A stretch of DNA of 64,000 bases from Bacillales bacterium UBA7278. Lineage in GTDB: Bacteria > Bacillota_I > Bacilli_A > RFN20 > CAG-826. The stretch is from NCBI GenBank assembly GCA_002472275.1, contig DKRQ01000019.1:140279-204278 (forward strand), read 5' to 3'. Both the position numbers and the translations under genes were made by a program. The notes below the pieces were generated by a model. That model did no database searches. It was not told where the DNA came from and was given only the letters and a program-made list of their open reading frames with translations. Below, piece by piece: positions 50,697-58,963 of this stretch. Positions within the stretch are counted from its first letter, which is position 1. Each line of letters begins with the position of its first letter.

Positions 50697-51644
50697 ATGT
50701 CACTATTCACTGATAAGGTCGACTTAGGGATGGCGGATTCCCGCGAACACTTGATTGAGAAGTATGTTTTCGACGTCAAGAAAGGAACCATCCAAATCCA
50801 CGTCAAACCCGGCTATGAAGCCATCATCAACGGCTACGACAAAATCGGGCCGAACCAAACCAACACCTACAACAAGAAGACGATCGGCACCACGCTCACT
50901 GCTTTCGTCTACCAGAAGGGCAGCATCGCCAAGCCGATCATCGTTCCCTTCTTCGCCGGTCAGCACACCATTTCGCTAGACGCCCATAAGACCGCCAAGG
51001 CCACGTTCGCCCTTGTCGGCACGGCCAAGATCGAGATCGATGACTACAAGGCGCTTGCTCGTTATTTCGACAGCACCGTGACCTATGCCGATGTCGAGAA
51101 AGAACTCCACGAGAACTTCAAGGACGCGTTCTCAATCCACATGACCGCAGCCGCGAAAACCTATATCTCTTCTTCCTCCACCGATGTCTCGATCCACTCG
51201 GATCTCAAAAACATCGCCAAGGCCGGTATCCAGGGCTCTTCCCTCCAGAACACCCTCATCGACATGGGCATGTCCCTTATGTCTTCCGGCATCAGCCTGA
51301 GGCTCAACCCGGTCGGCAACTCCGAGGAGATCATCGCCGCCATCAACGCCAAATTCAACGAAGCCGCCTTCGATGAATTCGACGAGGCCAAAGCCGATAA
51401 GCAGCGTCAAAGGGAAATCGAAGACAAGAAGTTGGACTACCAGCACGAAATCGACGTCATCAACGCTCAGAACACCGATACCCAGAACCGCAACAACAGC
51501 TATGCCTACTCGGGCAATGTCCCAAAGTATCCTCACGGCGCTCCCGCCGCCCCCGATACCGGCAAGAGGTTCTGCTCGCATTGCGGCAGGGAACTCGCCC
51601 CCCGCGACGAATATTGCCCGTCCTGTGGCACCAAGACCCGCTAA
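50697..51644 (+). CDS. SPFH/YdjI-like protein with C-terminal zinc ribbon
   Basis: Resembles PspA-operon YdjI-type proteins; C-terminal CSHCGRELAPRDEYCPSCG. Confidence 0.45.
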   Translation: MSLFTDKVDLGMADSREHLIEKYVFDVKKGTIQIHVKPGYEAIINGYDKIGPNQTNTYNKKTIGTTLTAFVYQKGSIAKPIIVPFFAGQHTISLDAHKTAKATFALVGTAKIEIDDYKALARYFDSTVTYADVEKELHENFKDAFSIHMTAAAKTYISSSSTDVSIHSDLKNIAKAGIQGSSLQNTLIDMGMSLMSSGISLRLNPVGNSEEIIAAINAKFNEAAFDEFDEAKADKQRQREIEDKKLDYQHEIDVINAQNTDTQNRNNSYAYSGNVPKYPHGAPAAPDTGKRFCSHCGRELAPRDEYCPSCGTKTR

Positions 51645-51669
51645 TCACCACCGATAAGGAGAATCAACA

Positions 51670-52635
51670 ATGGGACTTTTCAAAAGCAAAGAGCAGAAGG
51701 CCGCTGAGGCCGCTGCAAAGCAGAGGCAGCAGCAGCAAGCCGCCATCAACAAGGGTCTACAAGACAGCATGACCCCGAAAGACGATGTTACCCCCTACGC
51801 CAACGAAAAAAAGCGCAGGCAGGAAGAGCAAGCCGCGGCCCAGCACCAAGAAGCCAACCGCGACGAGATCGACGAAATCCTCAGGAACCTCTCCAGGGAA
51901 ATCTCGCTGAGCTTCCCCGACGCCGAAGACGACGCCCAGGAAATCCGCGACCTTTCCGTCAGGGTCAGGAGGATGAACCTTGGCAAGAACCAAGGTGCCA
52001 CCGACGCCATCATGACCTTCATCCGCGCCAAAGCGCAGGACATGATCGTCAAGGCCCACGCCGGCAACTACGCCGCCATCATCGGCTTCTTCGAAGAGCT
52101 TAGGAGCCTCATTAACGACGCGGAGAATCCACAAAAGGCCAAACTTATGGCCGATCCCGCCTACGTCAAGCGTCGTATCCGCGTCGCCGAGCTTTCCGCC
52201 CTCAAGGAAGACCTCCAAGGCCAGAAACAGGCTTTGTATCGCCAACGCGACAAACTCAAATCCAGGATGGAAGCCGGCCTCATTGACCAACGTGAAGCCG
52301 TCTCCAGGGTCGGCGACATCCGCGCTCAAGTCGAAGACTTGGAACGTTCCCTCCAGAACGCCCAGAGCGATTTGAGGGATGCCCAGACCGTCCTCACCGA
52401 GCAGGAGACCCAGATCCGCAACTCCGCGAAAGCCAAGGCCGAGGACATCAACGACTACACCGCGATCGCCGACCAGAAGGCCGACGCCGAGGCGCTTTCC
52501 TCCGAGAAAAACGACGTCATGTCGCAGATCCGTCAGAACAGCACCGATGTTTCGATGGATGACATGCATATGCATGCCAGCACCGGCAAGACCGAACTCA
52601 GCCAAGAACAGGTCGACAACGCCTTCGACTTCTAA
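51670..52635 (+). CDS. coiled-coil protein, possible PspA/ESCRT-III superfamily member, C-terminal AFDF tail
   Basis: Starts MGLF like PspA/Vipp1; long heptad-rich region; ends ...EQVDNAFDF. Confidence 0.45.
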   Translation: MGLFKSKEQKAAEAAAKQRQQQQAAINKGLQDSMTPKDDVTPYANEKKRRQEEQAAAQHQEANRDEIDEILRNLSREISLSFPDAEDDAQEIRDLSVRVRRMNLGKNQGATDAIMTFIRAKAQDMIVKAHAGNYAAIIGFFEELRSLINDAENPQKAKLMADPAYVKRRIRVAELSALKEDLQGQKQALYRQRDKLKSRMEAGLIDQREAVSRVGDIRAQVEDLERSLQNAQSDLRDAQTVLTEQETQIRNSAKAKAEDINDYTAIADQKADAEALSSEKNDVMSQIRQNSTDVSMDDMHMHASTGKTELSQEQVDNAFDF

Positions 52636-52649
52636 GGAGAGAGACGAAC

Positions 52650-53228
52650 ATGTTTGGTAAGAAACCCGCTCAGATGCCTAACCGCACCGACATCAACCTC
52701 AAGTTTTCGTCGAGCCTGCGCCAGTTGAAGCGCTCCATCGACCAGCTCGACCAAAAGATCGAGGCCGAAGTGGCCGCCGCGATTTCCTATAGGAAATCCG
52801 GCAACATCGACGAGGAACATCGTTCCCTCGCCAAGATCCAACGCTACCTCGCCCAGAAGATCCAAAAGGAACGTTTCTATGACAGCGTCGAAGGCGTCAA
52901 AGCCAAAATCGACGATATCCTCGACAAAGTCGAGGTTTCCCGCAACCTCTCCGAGACCTTGGGCAGCATCGGCCAACTCGTCGATTCCAAGGAACTCAAA
53001 TCCATCGTCGGCGAACTCGACACGTTCAACAAGAACTTCGCCAAGACCAACAACATGATGGACGCCTTCATGGGCTCGATGGACGCAACCGTCGGCGAAA
53101 TGAGCGTCGATCCTAGCCTCACCGCCTCCGTTCAGGCGATGGTCGGCGAAAGAATGAAGGGGTACGAGACTCGCATTGAGGAGCAGGCCGAGGCCGACCT
53201 CGATGAGAGCGCGTTCAATTTTCAATAA
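52650..53228 (+). CDS. ESCRT-III/Snf7-fold protein
   Basis: Aligns by eye to CHMP2: LDQKIEAEVAAAISYRKSGNIDEEHRSLAKIQRYLAQKIQK vs LETQEKKIIADIKKMAKQGQMDAVRIMAKDLVRTRRYVRK; ends ...DESAFNFQ. Confidence 0.65.
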   Translation: MFGKKPAQMPNRTDINLKFSSSLRQLKRSIDQLDQKIEAEVAAAISYRKSGNIDEEHRSLAKIQRYLAQKIQKERFYDSVEGVKAKIDDILDKVEVSRNLSETLGSIGQLVDSKELKSIVGELDTFNKNFAKTNNMMDAFMGSMDATVGEMSVDPSLTASVQAMVGERMKGYETRIEEQAEADLDESAFNFQ

Positions 53229-54505
53229 TGGAAAGCATCAACTCCGTCAAAAACCGTTTCTTAGCCGAGAAGAAAGAGGCGGAATACCGCCTCACAGTCA
53301 AGGACTACCAAGGGGCCATGCCTCATCTAGAGAAGGCCGCCGAACTCCTTGGCGAGGTTTATCGTCGCGACATTAACGTGCAAAGGCGCGAGCAGTATAA
53401 GCGTATCCGCGAAGAACTTCGCGACAAATACGACGAGTGCAAGCAGGAACTAGGCATGGCGCCTTCCTCCTCTTCCAAGCCCCGTCAGAGCACCCAGCGT
53501 CCCGCTGGCCCCCGTCCCGCCGCTGGCGGTGCCTCCCAAGCCAAGGGCGGCGCGCCCGCAAAAGGCGGCGACCAGAAGGGCAAAGGCAAGCAAGCCGAGG
53601 AAGACGATGGCATCAACTACGTCGTCAACGGCATCGACCTGAAGCAATTCCTCGCTTCCGAATCCCGTGAGAAAGATGTCATGTTCGACGACGTCATCGG
53701 CATGGAGAGGGAGAAGCGCACGGTCAAAGGCGAACTGTTCCTCTCAGAGGAAGAGAAAGCCTACAAAGCCCAAATCGGCCTCAAGAACAAGAACTTCATC
53801 CTCCTCTATGGTCTTCCCGGCACCGGTAAGACCTACTTCGCGATGGCCCTTTCCAATGAGCTCCGCGAATTCTCGGGCGAGGACATCCCGTTCTTCTCCG
53901 TCGTGTGCACGCATTTGAAATCGTCCCACGTCGGCCAAACCGAGAACAACATCATCGCCCTCTTCGAGTTCACGAAGCAGTTCGACCGTTGCGTCCTCTT
54001 CATGGACGAATTCGACGCGATCGGTCAATCCAGACAGAAGAACTCGGGCGACCCGACCGCCGTCACGGTTGTCAACACGTTGCTCACCCAACTCGGTGGC
54101 TTCGATTCCAACCCGAACCTCCTCTTCATCGCCGCGACCAACTGCCCCTATAACCTAGACGGTGCGTTGCTCTCCCGCGCCTCCCCCAAGATCGAGGTGC
54201 CTCTTCCCGGCGCCGAGGTCCTCTATGGGACTCTTAAGAGGAAGTTAGGGGATCTAGTCGCCCCCGACGTCGACCTCTCCGCGGTGGCCAACAGGCTTGC
54301 CAAAAGCAAGTTCTCCAACCGCGACGCCTCCAACCTGATCGACGAAATCAAGAGGAAGCTATTCGAAGCCCATAGGGCGGACGATATGATCGACAAAGTC
54401 GATACCTCGATGATCACCACCGCGCTGAAGGAGGTTAAGTCCTCCGTCAAGCGCGATGAGGAAATCGCCTTGGAGGAATTCAAGGCGCAATTTGCAGAAA
54501 ACTGA
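53228..54505 (+). CDS. AAA+ ATPase with N-terminal MIT-like domain (Vps4/CdvC-like) no. 1
   Basis: N-term three-helix pattern AEKKEAEYRLTVKDYQGAMPHLEKAAELL; low-complexity G/P/K linker; Walker A GLPGTGKT, Walker B LFMDEFDA, SRH region; start overlaps previous stop (TAATG). Confidence 0.75.
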   Translation: MESINSVKNRFLAEKKEAEYRLTVKDYQGAMPHLEKAAELLGEVYRRDINVQRREQYKRIREELRDKYDECKQELGMAPSSSSKPRQSTQRPAGPRPAAGGASQAKGGAPAKGGDQKGKGKQAEEDDGINYVVNGIDLKQFLASESREKDVMFDDVIGMEREKRTVKGELFLSEEEKAYKAQIGLKNKNFILLYGLPGTGKTYFAMALSNELREFSGEDIPFFSVVCTHLKSSHVGQTENNIIALFEFTKQFDRCVLFMDEFDAIGQSRQKNSGDPTAVTVVNTLLTQLGGFDSNPNLLFIAATNCPYNLDGALLSRASPKIEVPLPGAEVLYGTLKRKLGDLVAPDVDLSAVANRLAKSKFSNRDASNLIDEIKRKLFEAHRADDMIDKVDTSMITTALKEVKSSVKRDEEIALEEFKAQFAEN

Positions 54506-54526
54506 TATCAATAAGGAGATATAACC

Positions 54527-55114
54527 ATGAACGACATCAAACGCCGCATGAAGATGATGGAAGAGAAGCAGCAAGCCAAAGACATCATCAAGCAATTCGA
54601 TTCCGTCATCGTCAATTTGGACAATGGCATCGCCAAGTGCCGCGAGAAGGCCAAGGAAGCCTTGGTCAAGCGCAACGACATGGCCGGTTTCAAGATGTTC
54701 GGCCGTTCCATGAAGTACTACCAGAACATGAAGAACTCGATCGAGGCCATCAAGTGCCAGTTCGAGAACTACCTGATCCAAGTCGAGGTCGCCAACACCT
54801 TCGTCGGTTTGAAGGACGTCCTTGGCAAAACCGCCAAGATGATGGACTCCATGCCCTCTTTGCAGAAGAACAACCGCGACTTCATGAAGTTCAAGAAGTC
54901 CATCATGAAAGGCCAGCTCTCCATGGATTCCATCAACTCCATGATGAGCAACCTGGATCCCTCCGCGGATTCCGAACTCACCCCCGCCGAACTCGACAGC
55001 CTCAAGGACGAGATCCTCATGACCTCCGGCGCGAGCCAGACCACGATCGGCGCGACCGAAGGCGACAAGGCCTCCCAGTCCTCGGGCGACTTCTTCTCCG
55101 AACTCGACATCTAA
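54527..55114 (+). CDS. ESCRT-III/Snf7-fold protein no. 2
   Basis: IAKCREKAKEALVKRNDMAGFKMFGRSMKYYQNMKN ... TAKMMDSMPSLQKNNRDFMKFKKS parallels CHMP helices; acidic C-terminal tail ...GDFFSELDI. Confidence 0.6.
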   Translation: MNDIKRRMKMMEEKQQAKDIIKQFDSVIVNLDNGIAKCREKAKEALVKRNDMAGFKMFGRSMKYYQNMKNSIEAIKCQFENYLIQVEVANTFVGLKDVLGKTAKMMDSMPSLQKNNRDFMKFKKSIMKGQLSMDSINSMMSNLDPSADSELTPAELDSLKDEILMTSGASQTTIGATEGDKASQSSGDFFSELDI

Positions 55115-55123
55115 TCCAAAACC

Positions 55124-56308
55124 ATGGCCTTTGATTACCCGGGGAAAAATAGAGCCTACGAAGCGGCCCTTCAAAGAACGAAGGAATGCCTTTCTAACGG
55201 CGACGTCGAAAACGGCACCCTCTACCTAGACAAAGCGATTACCCTGTCCGCCGAGCTCGCCGCAAACGCGGCGATCCCGGAGTTTCAGGCGCGCTTCAAA
55301 AAGGAGAACGCCCAGCTCCTCAAAATCAAGGGCATGCTCGGCAAGGGCGAGAACCCCTTCCGGAAGAAAGCCACCGTTTCTAACGGAGACGGGGCAAAAG
55401 GAGGGGATGGCAAAGCCCAAAAGCCCGAGGAAGGGGAAAACGTCAGCGGCTTCTTCTCCACGGAGATCCCGACGACCACCCTCGCCGACGTCGCGGGCCT
55501 AGAGGAGGTCAAGGAGCAGATTCGCATCAACGTCTTGCTCCCTCTAAAGGACCCCGAGGTTTTCTATAACTATAAAAAGGACGCAGGTGCGCGAATCATC
55601 ATGTACGGCCCGCCGGGATGTGGCAAAAGCTTCGTCGCCGAAGCGATCGCCGGCGAGCTCAAGTGCCATTACGCGGTCATCACCTCCGACCAAATCCTCG
55701 ACAAGTATGTAGGCGTCGCCTCCAAAAGGATCAAGGCCGTCTTCGACGAAGCCGAGAAATACGACAACGTCCTTCTCTTCTTCGACGAAATCGACGCGCT
55801 TTGCGCTTCCCGCGACTCCGACGATTCCGCTCACACGAAGGACATTTTGACGACCTTCCTCACCTGCATGTCGGGTTTCAAACCCAAAGACAAATCCTTG
55901 AAGGTCATCATCGGCGCGACCAACAGGCCGTGGGCGATCGACTCCGCTTTGGTCCGTGGCCAGCGTTTGGACACCGCGATCTACGTCCGCCTGCCCGACC
56001 GCAAGGCCAGGGAATTCTTCGTGAAGAAGGAGTGGGAGAAGTTCGCCAACATCTACGAAGGCAGCGACCTCACGATGGATTACGCGATCGACGCCCTCGA
56101 TGGGTTCTCCGGCGCGGATATCAAGACGATCCTCGACCAAGCAAAGACCAAGACATTGACCCGTGTTTTGCAGGACAATTTGCCAAAAGGGCAATATTAC
56201 AAGGTGTCCAAGGCGGATTTCGACTCCGCTTTGGCGGCCCACCATAACCCCGTCACCGCCGAAATGCTACTTAGATACGAAGCCTTCGGGAAAGGAATGA
56301 CCGAATGA
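55124..56308 (+). CDS. AAA+ ATPase with N-terminal MIT-like domain no. 2
   Basis: N-term LSNGDVENGTLYLDKAITLSAELAANA; Walker A GPPGCGKS, Walker B LLFFDEIDA, SRH GATNRPWAIDSALVRGQRLD. Confidence 0.75.
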   Translation: MAFDYPGKNRAYEAALQRTKECLSNGDVENGTLYLDKAITLSAELAANAAIPEFQARFKKENAQLLKIKGMLGKGENPFRKKATVSNGDGAKGGDGKAQKPEEGENVSGFFSTEIPTTTLADVAGLEEVKEQIRINVLLPLKDPEVFYNYKKDAGARIIMYGPPGCGKSFVAEAIAGELKCHYAVITSDQILDKYVGVASKRIKAVFDEAEKYDNVLLFFDEIDALCASRDSDDSAHTKDILTTFLTCMSGFKPKDKSLKVIIGATNRPWAIDSALVRGQRLDTAIYVRLPDRKAREFFVKKEWEKFANIYEGSDLTMDYAIDALDGFSGADIKTILDQAKTKTLTRVLQDNLPKGQYYKVSKADFDSALAAHHNPVTAEMLLRYEAFGKGMTE

Positions 56309-57876
56309 TCAACAACGCAGACATCCTCCGCGAAGCCAAAGCCGCGATCGTCCGTGGCGATTACCGCACCGCGACCAAGCACATCGAAAAACTGATGACC
56401 CTTCTCAAGTTCGACTTTGAGAACGGCATCGACCGTGAGAAGAATGGCAGGGCCTTCAACGCCCTGGCCAAAGTCAGGAGGGAACTGATTGCCGGAAGTC
56501 TCAGCGAGTCTTCCTATGCCCTTTTGAAGATCCCTTCCCCGAAGCCGAAATACGAGGCCCCCTCCGCGCCGAAGCCCGCGGCCCCCAAAGAGGATCCCTT
56601 CGCCGGCTATAATCCCGACGCGAAGCCGATCGGCGGAAAACCTGCTCCCGCGCCAAAACCAGAACCCAAGCCGGAGCCCAAGGACGAAGAACCCGAAAAG
56701 CTCTCCCCCGAGGACGCCGCGCTTGCAGCCAAACCCGAAACCCAGTTCCACTGGGATGAGATCCCGACCGTCACCTTTGAGGACATCGCGGGCCTAGACG
56801 AATGCAAAGCCCTCGTCGAAAGGAAGGTTTTGCTTCCCTTGCTCCACCCCGAGATGCTAGAAGGCTACGTCGCCGGCGGCGGCGGAGGCGTTTGCCTCTA
56901 TGGCCCTCCGGGCACCGGCAAAACCATGATCTCCGCGGCCATCGCCAACAGGATCAACGCTAAATTCTGCTCCATCACCCCCTCCGATTTGCTTCAGCAG
57001 GGGTTAGGCAACACCGAGAAGGCCGTCAAAGCCCTCTTTGCGGAAGCCCGTTCCTATCCCTGCGCGGTCATCTATTTCGACGAAATGGACTCAATCGCCC
57101 CGAAGAACACCAAATCGACCGCGGCCAGGCAACTTCGTTCCGAGTTCCTCGCCCAACTTCAAGGCGTTTCTAGCTATGGCAAGAAGAGCAAGAACATCCT
57201 CTTCCTCATCTGCGCGACCAACAAACCATGGGATATCGATTCCGCCTTCTTACGTCCGGGCCGTTTCGGCACGAAGATCTACGTCGGCTTGCCCGATGAC
57301 GCGGCGAGGCGTTACATCATCACCCACCGTTTGGACAAGATCAAATCCAAGCGCACCGTCGAGATCAGGCCCGACATCGACATCGACATGATCGTCGAGA
57401 AGACGAACGGCTTCAACTGCGCCGACGTCTCGAACTTCCTCAATTCCGTCGAGGAGGTATCCCTTGTCCGTGCGATGAAGACCGGCGAGAAATACATCGC
57501 CAACCACGACTTTGTCCTCGTTCTTAAGAAAGCCGTCTCCTCCGTCCAGGCCGACGACATCATCAAACTCGATGCCTGGCGTAAGGAAAACGATGCGCCG
57601 ATTAGCTTCGATGACGACGAACTTGCCGGCAAACCCAAGGAAGAACCGGCCCCGACCGAACCCGCGGCACCCGCTCCTGAGCCAGCGCCTGCCCCTGCAC
57701 CCGCTCCGGCATCCGAGCCCGCCCCCGAACCTGCACCAGCACCCGAACCGGCCCCGGCACCTGAGCCTGCTCCAAGTGGAGAACCCGCCGCCCCGACGGA
57801 GGGCGATTCCTCATCTTCCGCGTTCGACGATTTCCTCTCCGGAATCGACGATTCGCTACCAAAAGACGGCGAATAA
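56305..57876 (+). CDS. AAA+ ATPase with N-terminal MIT-like domain no. 3, Pro/Ala/Glu-rich C-terminal tail
   Basis: N-term REAKAAIVRGDYRTATKHIEKLMTLL; Walker A GPPGTGKT, Walker B IYFDEMDS, SRH CATNKPWDIDSAFLRPGRFG; tail PAPEPAPAPAPAPASEPAPEPAPAPEPAPAPEPAP; 4-nt overlap with previous gene. Confidence 0.75.
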   Translation: MINNADILREAKAAIVRGDYRTATKHIEKLMTLLKFDFENGIDREKNGRAFNALAKVRRELIAGSLSESSYALLKIPSPKPKYEAPSAPKPAAPKEDPFAGYNPDAKPIGGKPAPAPKPEPKPEPKDEEPEKLSPEDAALAAKPETQFHWDEIPTVTFEDIAGLDECKALVERKVLLPLLHPEMLEGYVAGGGGGVCLYGPPGTGKTMISAAIANRINAKFCSITPSDLLQQGLGNTEKAVKALFAEARSYPCAVIYFDEMDSIAPKNTKSTAARQLRSEFLAQLQGVSSYGKKSKNILFLICATNKPWDIDSAFLRPGRFGTKIYVGLPDDAARRYIITHRLDKIKSKRTVEIRPDIDIDMIVEKTNGFNCADVSNFLNSVEEVSLVRAMKTGEKYIANHDFVLVLKKAVSSVQADDIIKLDAWRKENDAPISFDDDELAGKPKEEPAPTEPAAPAPEPAPAPAPAPASEPAPEPAPAPEPAPAPEPAPSGEPAAPTEGDSSSSAFDDFLSGIDDSLPKDGE

Positions 57877-57941
57877 GCGGGAAATCGCCGCAAAACCATT
57901 AGATTTCCTAAATTGCGATACCCAAGAAAGGAGTAGCGATC

Positions 57942-58889
57942 ATGAAAGAAAAACCCGAAATCTGCCCCGTTTGCAAAGGAAGGCTCTTCCTCACCAATCG
58001 CGACGGGACCAAGACCTGCGCGAGCTGCGGTCATACCCTAGGCACCCCATCCGCGCATGGCGGACGTTCCGCTGCCGCCCCCGTCAGGCCCTCTCCCTCC
58101 AAGACGGAGAAGTGTCCTTCCTGTGGCTCCGTGGCCAACTACGTCAGTACCGACGCCGACGGCAAGGAGATCTACGCTTGCTCCTTCTGCGGCTCGAAGT
58201 TCACCCCTAAGCCGCGCGTCGAGGCCAAACCCAAAGAACCAGAACCCGAAAAACCCGCGGCCCCCCTCAAAGACGAGCTAGACGGCAGGGAAATCTTCGC
58301 CCTTGCCAAAGCCAATACGGTCGAGATCTTCTGCCGCAGTGGCTCCGGCGCCTCGGCGGGATCCGGCTTCTTCATCGCCGATAACTTCGTGATGACCAAC
58401 GCCCACGTCGTCTTCGATGACTTCGGCGGGGCAAACCCGACCCCGTCCTCCTACATCGCCGTTTGCTTCAAAGGAGGCAAGCAACATGGCGCGGAAATCC
58501 TCGCGGCCAACCTCGACGAGGACATGGCGATCCTAGCGACTGACCTCTCTTGCTCCGCCATCGCCGAAATCGCGAAGGAGATGCCCGAGACCGGCGAGAC
58601 CATCTACGCGGTCGGCAACTCTGCGGGACAAGGCATGTGCATCATGGAAGGACTCGTGGCCGACCAACTCCGCGAGATCGCCGACAACGACTACATGATG
58701 ATCTCCGCGAACATCGTCGGCGGCAACTCCGGCGGCCCGATCTTCAATAAGCACGGCAAAGTCGTCGGCATCGTCACCCTCGGTTCCAACGAGGCGGTCG
58801 CGATGAACTATGGCATCCCCGTTCCCCGCATCGAGAGATTCATCAAGTCGGTGGAACAAAAAGTCGGCAAGAAATTCGCCCGTAAGTAA
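57942..58889 (+). CDS. double zinc-ribbon protein fused to trypsin-like (S1) serine protease domain
   Basis: CPVCKG...CASCG and CPSCGS...CSFCGS; protease motifs TNAHVV, DMAIL, GNSGGP. Confidence 0.65.
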   Translation: MKEKPEICPVCKGRLFLTNRDGTKTCASCGHTLGTPSAHGGRSAAAPVRPSPSKTEKCPSCGSVANYVSTDADGKEIYACSFCGSKFTPKPRVEAKPKEPEPEKPAAPLKDELDGREIFALAKANTVEIFCRSGSGASAGSGFFIADNFVMTNAHVVFDDFGGANPTPSSYIAVCFKGGKQHGAEILAANLDEDMAILATDLSCSAIAEIAKEMPETGETIYAVGNSAGQGMCIMEGLVADQLREIADNDYMMISANIVGGNSGGPIFNKHGKVVGIVTLGSNEAVAMNYGIPVPRIERFIKSVEQKVGKKFARK

Positions 58890-58900
58890 ACAAGGAATGA

Positions 58901-58927
58901 ACCGGTAGGGGCTCCCTATCGGTTTTT
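58901..58927 (+). terminator. Rho-independent terminator after the protease gene
   Basis: 10-bp stem ACCGGTAGGG-GCT-CCCTATCGGT plus TTTT. Confidence 0.5.
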
Positions 58928-58963
58928 CTTAATGTTCGCGTGCAAACGCGATAAAGTAATTCC

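Noticed and set aside
51670-52635. Confident call of the 321-aa coiled-coil protein as PspA
   Set aside because: Only the MGLF start and general helicity resemble PspA; helix-by-helix alignment was not convincing by eye, so kept as a possible superfamily member only
53228-57876. Alternative assignment of the three AAA ATPases as FtsH, ClpX/ClpA, or proteasomal/CDC48-type
   Set aside because: No HEXXH protease domain, no ClpX zinc finger or double AAA ring, single AAA module with SRH and an N-terminal three-helix MIT-like domain; the architecture matches Vps4/CdvC/katanin-type instead
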